A stretch of DNA of 64,000 nt from Eledone cirrhosa (lineage: Eukaryota), in contig OZ024740.1 of the NCBI GenBank assembly GCA_964016885.1, positions 325,376,001 to 325,440,000 of the forward strand. Reading direction: 5' to 3'. The notes under the pieces were generated by a model. The model did no database searches, had not been told where the DNA came from, and was given only the letters and a program-made list of their open reading frames with translations. This document shows positions 53,864 through 64,000 of the stretch, one piece after another; position 1 is the first letter of the stretch, and every line of letters starts with the position of its first letter. A program made the position numbers and the translations under genes.

Positions 53864-54367
53864 CTAGCAGAAGTACCCGGCGTTGCCCGGGTGTAAGTCG
53901 ACCTTTGGTCTGTTAGAATGTGTGAAAGTTACTTCCCGCGCATCACAGGTTCAAAACTTCGAACTTCAATGGAAAAAATAGGTTAGTAGACACAGGTGTG
54001 TAATATATTAATTCTATTTACACAGTTTATCGTTGAAATTGTTCTCTGCACGACTGACGGAAGTCAAAATCGCATGATATTGAATGTTCAGTTAATTTAA
54101 AGCAGGGTGAAAATGTCGATTACTTTCAGGTTTTTATTTTTTTACAATTTTTGCGCTCACATGTGCAGAAGAAGAATTAAAAGGGCCTTTATCTTAACCG
54201 CGGCATAATGGCGAGTCTTTTGTGACAGTTTTCAAGAATATAGGACGTTCCTGTAAAAAGTTTTCCCATGTGTAACTTTGCCTTGTTTTTTTGCGCAAAG
54301 TCGAGCCCCGCTTCAGTTTTATTGATTTTTTACATCAATGCGTGATCTCTGAAGTAGATTTGAGTAG

Positions 54368-54610
54368 CTAAAAACCTGTCCCGGTAAATTTGCTATAGGT
54401 GAAAAAAAGTTGATCAAAATTGTATCTAGGATTATTGCCCTTTGCCACAGCCTCAAGCCTCGTCTGACGGGATGTTGGTGATTCCTCCGTCAGCGCTTGT
54501 TGGCGACGAAGTCGAACATCAGCAAGCCTTGTCGTACGTGATGTTGGTGACTCAACCAGCCGGGAAAGACGTCTATCAGCGAGTCGAGATTCGCGCTCAG
54601 CAGGTGTTTC
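54368..54610 (-). CDS. Helitron mini-ORF exon 2 (STPR-like repeats)
   Basis: TTTTCTCTAG acceptor, phase 0; ETPAERESRLADRRLSRLV-ESPTSRTTRLADVRLRRQQALTE-ESPTSRQTRLEAV.. to TAG; 23-aa E(S/T)P..R..RL period. Confidence 0.6.
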   Translation of the reverse strand, partial: ETPAERESRLADRRLSRLVESPTSRTTRLADVRLRRQQALTEESPTSRQTRLEAVAKGNNPRYNFDQLFFTYSKFTGTGF

Positions 54611-54844
54611 CTAGAGAAAATTAATTAATTCTACTGGTTAGCAAGCCAATAGCAGTGTCAATAGTAAATGAGTAAAGTCTAACATGAACAAAAGGGAATC
54701 AAAGTAAGACAATAAATTTAATATAACTACGATTAGAATGTTGTAGTTGCTTAAAAGTGGTGATAGTTAGGATAAACGCAGTACTTGTTAACATTAAGGG
54801 AGAATATTGCATAAAGGATTAATCAATTGTGAATGAACTCATAC

Positions 54845-54925
54845 CTGAGAACGCCTAATTCGTTGTCTCAAAGCAATAGCTGTACCTTTTTTGGAGGTAA
54901 GTCTTGAACGTTTCCGTGTGGGCAT
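54845..54925 (-). CDS. Helitron mini-ORF exon 1 (basic N-terminus)
   Basis: ATG at 54925, MPTRKRSRLTSKKGTAIALRQRIRRSQ (81 nt), CAG/GTATGA donor. Confidence 0.6.
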
Positions 54926-56476
54926 AACGACGTGTAACGAAGCTGTTAGGTTAGAGAGAGGTGATTAAATACAGAGAGAGATGACACCAGATTCGTTAGC
55001 ATGGTTACTGGTGAATGGGAAGGTTTGGAAATATGATTACAATAACTTACCGAATTTTCCCGTCTATAAATTGCACTTAAAATAATTAAATTTAATCAAA
55101 AAACAGCTCTGCGCTTTATACTCCGGTGAGCCTTATGTATAAATAATACAATGGTAATCAATCACGGCTCTAACAGAAGTAATAGATCTAGACTAAAAGT
55201 AAAGAAGATAGCATTTTCCTGGTTGGCCTTACACGCCGTTGCGCGGACCTGATTTTAAATGATACGCCTTATATCCTGGTGAGCCTTATAGAGCGGAAAA
55301 TATCTATTGGAAAAGAATACGAATTCATGACCAAGGTGTGACAAAATAGGCGTCTATACAGCGCCTGAAACAAACTTGTCCAAAACCCTAGGATTTTTCT
55401 CGTTAAGTATCCACCTAAAAGGAACCGTTTTTTAGTTACAAAAAATAACCAAAGTGTATAGTAGCTATATTTCTGACATATCATGCCAACAAGAACAATA
55501 TATTAAAAAAATGTTCTAAAGTACATTCAATCTCTCTTTTTGACCGATATCTTAATAAGCAAGTTATCGATTTTTTATTGGCTGTCAGTGTCTATCTGCA
55601 TGCAGGTGTGCACGTGTGCGCAATTAATTGCAAATACGCTCATAACATTTAGTCGTAAGCAGAACAAAAAATGCCATTAGAGGTGGGCTAATAATGAAGA
55701 CACAAACCCTGGTGAACTTACGTTTAAACACCCGAAAAGTTACTCACTTCCTGTGCAAAAGACTGTATTATAAATTAAGTAATTTTTTAGAATCTTTTGT
55801 TTAAAAAAGGAAAACATTGGTACGACGTAAATTTTTTTACTTGTATTGTATGTGTACAACACAACTTGGTCAACGTATTATTTAGTAATTTTTTTTTCAA
55901 AAAGCATGATTATTTAAGACTGTTTGAAAATTTACTCACAGCTTTTAGGTTCACAAAAGACACCATTAAATTTGGTTCCCTTTTCAGATAGGGATAATAC
56001 TGTATTTCCACTTGAATAAGGTGGAATATGAAAAGATAAACTCTTTACTGAGACAGCTGGGAAGACATGCAGCTGGCCGTCCAATCAATAACGCACGTCC
56101 TTATATGGGCATATGAAATTTATTTTTATTGGGCCAGATGTAAACTAAGAGTTCTTGTGTTCGAATTCACATAAAATTTCATTGGAATCGAAAAACATTC
56201 TGTCATAGGGCCCGATTATCGATTTTTCGAAAATTTCAAGTAGCCTACTCCACTCTACGCGTTGAGTTTTATATATGTGTGAGGTTTCATGAAAATTGGA
56301 TGAACGGTGTAGCATGCAAGTTCGGTACACTAAACAATGTCCATCTTCCCTTTATATATATAGATATCCAGGGAGTGTAACTTGGAGTTACTGTAGGTTC
56401 ATCCGGGTGAGCACTCGATGTTTAGGTTCACTTCTGTGGCGAGGTGTAGAGCTAGACAGAGTGTATTATAATAAGA

Positions 56477-56769
56477 TAATACAAGACGAGTGGTTACTCC
56501 TTCATTAGGTTTATTGGTTGTTGACGCGCGTTTCGCCATTGATCAGCTCAAGGTTCAATCCGTATCGATCTAGCCCGACTCTGTAATCCACGGCTCGTCA
56601 GACCCCTATTAATGGTAATTTTTCATTACCATGAAAAGGAGTCTGACGAGCCGTAGATTACAGAGTCGGGCTAGATCAATACGGATTGAACCTTGAGCTG
56701 ATCAATGGAGAAACGCGCGTCACCAACCAATAAACCTAATGAAGGAGTAACCACTCGTCTTGTTTTATT
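56477..56769. repeat. Fold-back palindrome (~143-bp arms) with two divergent hammerhead motifs
   Basis: 56477-56618 inverted at 56625-56769; CTGACGA-GCC..GG(C/A)-GAAA-CGCGCGTC then AATAAA on each strand (+ 56643-56721, - 56523-56601). Confidence 0.9.
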
Positions 56770-56929
56770 ATATATGTGTAGGGGGGGGGGATTGAACACA
56801 TATCTCTATGTGTATTTCTCTCTATATGCAGATTTATAAAGAGCCCGGAATCTGTTTCTTGAGCTCATTAAATTATATCGGATGATTGTGAGTCTTTAAC
56901 TCCACTTTTTAATTTTATATATATATATA

Positions 56930-57684
56930 CTACCTAAACTACCCGTCCTTTGGACGGTTCAAGTAGCTTTCGATGTAGTTCATTAAACTAAAGAAAGTAA
57001 ATTTTAATACATCACGATATATCACAATCGAATGTAAAAATAAAGATTAATTGTAAAATGTATTTGAAGTACATGTAGCGGTATAACGTTGGAAATGTAC
57101 AGGGTATGTAAGTTAATAATTAAATTATGTGTCAGAAAGGTAGTCTAATCAATGCGAAAAAATAGAATAATTCTAAGTCTTTGATGTATAAACCATCCTT
57201 TAGATAAATTTAAGCATAATTTTGTAAAAGTTATGAGATCAGTTAATATGAACATCAACCTTAAAACGATAAATTATACAATGTCAAAGATATAACTTAA
57301 CTTAGTAATCTGTTAGAAATTGCTGGTTGTGAAATATACGAAATGATATTGTTATTTCTCTTTGTTTCAAGTAGAAAGAGTAAATTAAAATCTGAATGAG
57401 CCGAATTAAGAAAGATAACTCTTGATTACGAAAGATAACTCTTGTTTTACTTAATCACGAAAATTCACACAAATAACCGACATTTTTTAATGCCTCCAAA
57501 GGCCCCAATATCGATTTTTGAAAGCCTTTGTAGATCATGTACAGGTTTTGTGCAAGGAGAAGCTCTGTAAAAGTTTTCAAAGAAATCGCGTGAATGGTTT
57601 AGAATATATGAGCCCTCATTAAAAAATGTCGACACACATATACTCATACATACAGAAATTTTCAAATTTATATATATACAGAGA
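56930..57684 (-). mobile_element. Non-autonomous Helitron-like element
   Basis: Minus strand 5' TC..TATATATATAAATTTGAAAAT; 3' hairpin CCGTCC/GGACGG (56943-56957) then GTAG (CTAG variant) into TA. Confidence 0.65.
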
Positions 57685-58064
57685 TACATAAGTTTAGCCC
57701 GGGTTCAATCGGGTGGTAATATATATATATATATATAAGTAGTGTTGAAGAACTCCGTAGAACAGATAAAGGAAACACAGCGTTCTATGCAGTATATAGA
57801 GCTGTAATATTATAGTATAGCTATTTTTAACACGGTTTTGTTACTACCACAGGTTTCTAATCATGCATTTGGCTTCGTTTGCGTGACCTCTGCATGCGTG
57901 ACCGTCATCCAACAACTATAAAAAAGTGTTCACATGGTGCGAGTTGGCCGTTTACAGTTGGTATAATCCTGGCTTCATAAACTACAGATATTGTAATATA
58001 CTTATATTGCAGAGTGCATTCCACCTGTATATATATATATATAATTATATATAAATATATATAT

Positions 58065-59021
58065 ACTAGACATGAAAAATGCGCAAGCTCAAAAGTGCCA
58101 CAGAATGTTATAATAAACCTTCAAAAGTATGGGACTAGAGTTGTTGCTAAAAAATATTGTAATCATTATATATCGTACATTCTGTGGCATCCTTTATAAA
58201 AATAGCTTAAACCAACGAAGCCTTTATTTTTACGCTATTTCACTTAGTTAATTCTTAGAGTGTAACATATAAAAATATGATTTACAACTATAAAATAAAT
58301 TAATTAATATAATAACAGAGCTGCGGAGCTGAAATTTAGGAAATAATGGAGTATCGGATCCTGAGTTGGAGCCAGTCAATTTTGGGCCGACTCCGCAGCC
58401 CTGTATAATACATTTCATATTAAAGTTATTAATAAACCTATTTTACACTTCATGCAAATTACCACGAGATATTGATATTAGATATAAGATACAGCGCAAT
58501 ATCTACAGCTGTAAAAGTACGAAAGCGAAGTAATAATAAGTGGCTTAAGGTAATTCCAATATGAAAGTTTGTAGTGATAAAAATTTGATAATGCAATACG
58601 ATTGTTAATATTATAGTTCTATGAAAATGTAACAATAGATAACTAAATTATTTTACTATTAGTATATTTAAGAAATTATCATTATAGATTTGATCGTTCA
58701 TATAAGCATCATATTAAGTTTCAACACAATTATTTTGTTACTATGAGTATATGATAATAATATTACGTAATTATTTATAGCTGTTATTACATTAAACATA
58801 GATGTATTTATTTTTATATGTTACACTCTAAGAATTAACTAAGTGAAATAGCGTAAAAATAAAGGCTTCGTTGGTTTAAGCTATTTTTATAAAGGATGCC
58901 ACAGAATGTACGATATATAATGATTACAATATTTTTTAGCAACAACTCTAGTCCCACACTTTTGAAGGTTTATTATAACATTCTGTGGCACTTTTGAGCT
59001 TGCGCATTTTTCATGTCTAGT
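58065..59021. mobile_element. Unclassified non-autonomous element with ~213-bp near-perfect TIRs
   Basis: 58065-58277 inverted at 58809-59021, one mismatch seen; termini ACTAGA..TCTAGT. Confidence 0.88.
58316..58403. mobile_element. Tiny hAT-like MITE nested in the TIR element
   Basis: TIR CAGAGCTGCGGAG / CTCCGCAGCCCTG; flanks TATAATAA and TATAATAC consistent with an 8-bp TSD. Confidence 0.65.
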
Positions 59022-59578
59022 TTAATATTTTTTTAAGGCAACGCTTGTAATAACTCTAGTTAAACAGGATATATATTAATAATAAATTATCGTTGTAATG
59101 TAATTAGATTATGTAATTGTTATTATAAATTATCTTATAAATATTAGTGTAAGATGTATAAAAATATTTTCAGACTTTTAATATAAACAACTACAAAAAA
59201 CAATCAATATTAAATCAATATATTATACATAATAGAAAACATAAAATATACAATACAAAAACAAAATATTTACATACAATTGCAATTATCAGTGTATATA
59301 CATTTTCTTTATATTCCCTGAGCAAATTAATAAGATTTGTTTTTATTGTACATAATTTGATGACTTGTTGGAGTGTATTAAAAGATAGCAACAATTTGTG
59401 ATTAAATTGTTAGCTTAAGCAACTCACTTTTTAATAGTTGTTGGCTGAGCGAAATTGTAAAAGCCTATGAGCAAATATAAAAAAAAATACACAAACAACA
59501 TTTCCTTGTGTTATTACAACATTAGATAAAATAATTGAGCAATGTCGTTATATTTTGCTCTTATTGCACATTAATAGT

Positions 59579-59740
59579 GTTTCTATTTTTCGGCACAAAT
59601 CCATTACGGCAGTCCATTACTGGTACTTTATTTTATCGAATTAGTAAGTATGAAAGTCGAAGTTAACCTCGGTAGGATTTGAACTTAGAATGCAAAGGAC
59701 CATAACAATACTGCAAAGCATGGTGTCTGACGCTCTACCA
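59579..59740 (-). mobile_element. Nin-domain SINE, diverged
   Basis: CTGGTACTTTATTTTATCGA..ATGAAAG..AAGTTAACCTCGG..GGATTTGAAC; further fragments at ~52020-52120, ~60560-60602 and ~63770-63850. Confidence 0.72.
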
Positions 59741-60138
59741 ATACTTGTGTTGAGCTGGTCATTAATTTATGGTGGTCGTGCGTGGAGTAGAGCAATCGCT
59801 AGTTGAAATATTATGAACAAAACATTTTTATTTGCCGAAGAACATATTTTCAATACTGTTTGTGAATGTGACGAAGGAAATACATTCTGATATGGAACAG
59901 TGTACAAAGTGTGTCTGTGAATAACATAATGTTACCTCATGTTGTTGTCAAGACATAATGGATTTCGTATATCCAGTTAGAAGATGAAACCTAGCCATCT
60001 CGGATTAGTTATATTTCATGCCATGTGTAAACGTGTTTGAGGATAGCAAAATATGCGCGTTAATTATAATAATTAGTTAATAATATTACAAAATATACCT
60101 AATTAAACTCTTTGCTTGAAATTTTATCATTCTTCGTT

Positions 60139-60171
<33 letters not shown>

Positions 60172-61593
60172 GGAGAGAGAGAGAGAGAGAGATTTATTTA
60201 GTCCTTCGCTCAAGATTAATCTATAAGTTTAGATGTTTGCCTTCGTTTAAGTAAATATTACAGTAAGATTTTTAATATAAACAACTACAAAAAACAATTA
60301 ATATTAAAACGAAAAAATTATCAATGATAAAAGAAGCGGATGCAACTTTTTTTTTTATAAAGTTATATTCCTGTTTCTTTAAAGAACATTTCATTTTTGT
60401 TCTATTGTAGGCGAAATAATGCAATGGTTTAATAGGGAAGATATAACTTACGAATTATGTCTCTAACCGTGTAACGCTTTTTAAGTAGATAACTACAATT
60501 GAAAATACTAAAGAAATGGAACCAACAATTCAATTTGAAAGTCGTCTAGTGACAGTGTATTACTGGTACTTTATTTTATCGACCCCGTAACGATGAAAGG
60601 CAAAAATGCAAATGCTTAAAATTTAAATTGCCTTAATTCTATCGTCTGCTGTTTCATTAAAGGGAGATTATCGTCTGTATTTAATTCTATCGTCTACTGT
60701 TCCACTAAACAGATATACCTCCACTATCGTCTCTATTTATACATTTTAACTTATAACTTATACACATTTGATTTGAAATATTTTATCTAGTCCCCCCTCT
60801 CAATATTATGATGATTTCTTTCGAATGAAACAGTTCTAGTCCTGTAGAAGCCATTTATATATATAATTGAACTGAGTTAAAAATTCACAATATTTATAAT
60901 TAAATAAGCTCATATATATATGTGTGTATTTATCTGTTTATTGTATTATATATAATGTGTGTATATACAGGATGTCCCCCAAAAATATATACACACTTCA
61001 ACAGCATTCTAATAACTATTGCCTGTACAGGTAATCAAAGTGTCAATCGAATGTTAGTTTCGTGTTTTAACAGTACAAATTTACAATACACACATAAAAC
61101 CAGTGTATATACATACATGAGTGTGTATACACATACATGAATGTGTATATACAATATATATGTATATATATATAGACACATATATTCACGGTGCAACGGT
61201 ACATTAAAATATAGATGCGGGAGAGGGGGGTGTATATATAGGGGCGCTGGGGATAAAGGAGTGTAAAGCGTGTGTAATTGATATATTGAAGGAGAGGAGC
61301 GTGCAGCGATAGAGTAACAAATATATAGAGAGGGGGAGAGATGGTATTGAAGGGGGGGAGTGCAAAGCGAAAGAGTAAGAGATATATATAGAGACGGAAC
61401 AGATAGAGAGAAACAGGCGTAAGTAACAGTGGAAGAGATATAGAGAGAGGTACTCTGATTGGTTGAAAATTAGCCAATGACATACGATCACCACCACCAC
61501 GGCTATCCCCGAAAATTTTTTAAAGAAGCTAGGCATATATGTTAGAACACGAAAAGTGAACATTCTGTTGTTTCACACTTTTCGTGTTCTAAC

Positions 61594-61631
<38 letters not shown>

Positions 61632-61637
61632 ATAATT

Positions 61638-61822
61638 GTTTCTACTTTTGGCACAAGGCCAGCAATTACCCAGTACATTACTTACTTTATTTTATCGACC
61701 CCGTAAGGATGAAAGGAAAAGTTAACCTCGGCGGGATTTTGAACTCAGAATGGCAAGGGCCGTAACTCTATGCGTCAAAGCATGGCGTCCGGCCCTCTAC
61801 CGATACTGCCAATCCACCGCCT
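61638..61822 (-). mobile_element. Nin-domain SINE
   Basis: Reverse complement of the 47695-47905 family: TTTTATCGACCCCGTAAGGATGAAAGG..CCTCGGCGGGATTTTGAACTCAG. Confidence 0.82.
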
Positions 61823-62153
61823 TATATATATATAGTAATAATAATAATAAATTTGAAGACTAAAATCCAAAGAGGGCTCGATAAGAATAAATATATATCA
61901 GATATATACCGTAGAGCAATTATTTTGGGGGGTTTCAGAAGATCCCGTTAAGGGTGAAAGCAGCGATTCTTTGCTTAAACTTTAATCTGTTATTTTAATA
62001 TATATATATATAGTTATGTAATAAACAACATAAGATAATTATTTCATTTACCAGTGGTTATAATTATCTTATGTTGTTTATTACATAACTAATAAGCTCT
62101 GTAACCTACATAGAGCTCTCTTTTTTCCTGGACCTTTCCGACGGAATTACTTC

Positions 62154-62205
<52 letters not shown>

Positions 62206-62380
62206 GTAAAATACTGAGGCGACGACATAGGATAGGACCGAAGATCTTCGATTATTTTCCTACTCACTCGATGTTTTAATTAGGTTAGTATACTTAAGAT
62301 GAAAACAGAGTGCACACTCCCACGGTAAATAGTGAGAAAAGCGATTTCGTGTGAGTAGAGATTTAGATTCTCTACCCACA

Positions 62381-62442
<62 letters not shown>

Positions 62443-63043
62443 AAATAGTAAAATCGAATCTCTCGGTTTGCAAGTAAATTCGACCTACTTATATGAAATG
62501 ATGAGTTAGCAAAGCACTCGATAAGTTGTGGCCTTAGAGTAATAACATACGTTTAAATAGCTTGACAACTCGAACATTGTGGTAGGCGAATCTAACACAC
62601 AATATAGACCAAAGTAACGATAGAACTAATCAGGTTGAGAAAAATACACCTGGACAAATCAAACGATTAATCGTTTAAAGTGTTTCTTTGAATCCAAAAT
62701 CAAATATCATATATCAGACTTACATGACTGGCAAGCTCACGGTATTCTTGATTCAACGGAGAATTCAGTTTCTCAACAGGTTTTTCGTTCTGCCTAGGAC
62801 CGAAGTGATAAGCTATATGTTGCTGCTATATATATGCTGCGTATCGTATCTATAGCTGTCACGTGTTAATTCCGGCAAGGGAAATAACCCCCGGTTTTTG
62901 GCGGGTCATTCAAAATGTTAGACAAAGGAAATATTTTAATTTCCGCTAATCATCATGATAAGCTCTCAACTAGATGTTATAAAACAAACATAAATAATTA
63001 ACCAATCAACAGAATTGTCTAATTAAATTAATTAGTTAATTAT

Positions 63044-63141
<98 letters not shown>

Positions 63142-63159
63142 TACATATAATACACACTG

Positions 63160-63190
<31 letters not shown>

Positions 63191-63277
63191 GTTGGAAAGA
63201 AAAAACAAAACAAACAAAACGCAGGAGTCAATAGTACACAGTTTTATTGTATTCACGCTGGATGGAAGTGGAGGAGG

Positions 63278-63313
63278 TTTCGACGTTTCGGACTTAAGTC
63301 CTTCATCAGGAAA
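63278..63313 (-). ncRNA. Minimal hammerhead ribozyme motif, intact core
   Basis: Minus strand TTTC-CTGATGA-A-GGAC(TTAA)GTCC-GAAAC-GTC-GAAA; helix I TTTC/GAAA, GUC site, AATAAA ~30 nt downstream. Confidence 0.85.
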
Positions 63314-64000
63314 TTTGAGAGAAACTCTGAGGGGGAGTAAGGAGGGTTTTTAAGGATGGAAATTAACAAGTAAAGAACACAAAAAGTGGGTTGCGAGTGG
63401 ATGGCAAGGGGGCGTTACTGTGTATGAGGGGTGGGTGGAGAAAGGATGGGGGCGGGGGCAAGATAATCAGAGTCCTGGCGGGGATGGCGGAAGGTAAAGT
63501 ATGTGTGTATGTGTAGATATAAATGCATGTGTGTGTATGTGTGGATGTAAGTATGAGAGTCTGAAAGGTAGCGAGTGTATGTGAATGTTTTTTCTGGAAA
63601 GATATTGTGTGTGTATAGAAATGGTGCCTATGGCTGTGCGTGTATATGTTCCTGTATGGGTGTTGGTGTGTATGTGTATATGGGGATGGAGGGGGGCCGG
63701 ATGGGATGAGAACGTATCGAATCGGGAGGCGGTGTGGGGTGAAGTGTGGGTGTGTATGTAGATGTGGCAAAATTTACGTCGGTGGGATTTGAGCTCCGAG
63801 AAAAGAGGGCCGGAACATATACTGCAAAGCCTTTTATCCGGGGTTCCAACGGCGCCTTAAATCTCCTCTGACAATATAATATTAATAGAGTTACTTATGT
63901 TAATAAGTCAATAAATCTTCTAGGTAGACAGATCGATAAATTTATTAACGTCTATTGCTCTCTTGGTGATCGAATTTTCCGGAAGTCATTACTTACGTTT

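Larger units (their letters stand above)
53864..56364 (-). mobile_element. Non-autonomous Helitron, 2.5 kb
   Basis: Minus strand 5' TC(TATATATATAAAG) at 56364, 3' hairpin ACCCGGGCAACGCCGGGT (53875-53892) then CTAG (53864-53867), inserted between A and T with no TSD; RepHel-like N-terminal exons inside. Confidence 0.85.

Noticed and set aside
59177-60306. ~38-bp direct repeat 1.1 kb apart as LTRs
   Set aside because: Short, AT-rich, no TG..CA ends, PBS or coding interior
61936-61965. CAGAAGA-TCCC..GGGT-GAAAG hammerhead-like string (similar weak ones at ~22620 and ~36237)
   Set aside because: Multiple core mismatches and no convincing helix I/III

Overview
Eukaryotic, AT-rich, microsatellite-saturated intergenic or intronic DNA. 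The repeat style and SINE content suggest an octopod cephalopod (inference). I found no supportable host protein-coding gene; almost all ORF-track entries are translations of (TA)n/(CA)n/(ATAC)n/(GTT)n tracts. Real coding remnants are all transposon-derived: an R4/Dong-type RLE LINE nested in a 70-bp satellite, two head-to-head Tx1/L1-clade LINEs, three CRE-like C-terminal fragments (one apparently carrying a 41x78-bp minisatellite in its 3' UTR), a DD37D maT transposon, and Helitrons, one retaining a spliced STPR-repeat mini-ORF. There are also tRNA-derived and Nin-domain SINEs and an RTE-derived element sitting in (ATGT)n. The main signal missed by the ORF track is about 18 minimal hammerhead-ribozyme motifs of the Penelope-like-element type. 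Several are intact and several sit as divergent pairs inside long fold-back palindromes abutting (TA)n tracts. All calls were made by eye, and boundaries of degenerate elements are approximate.
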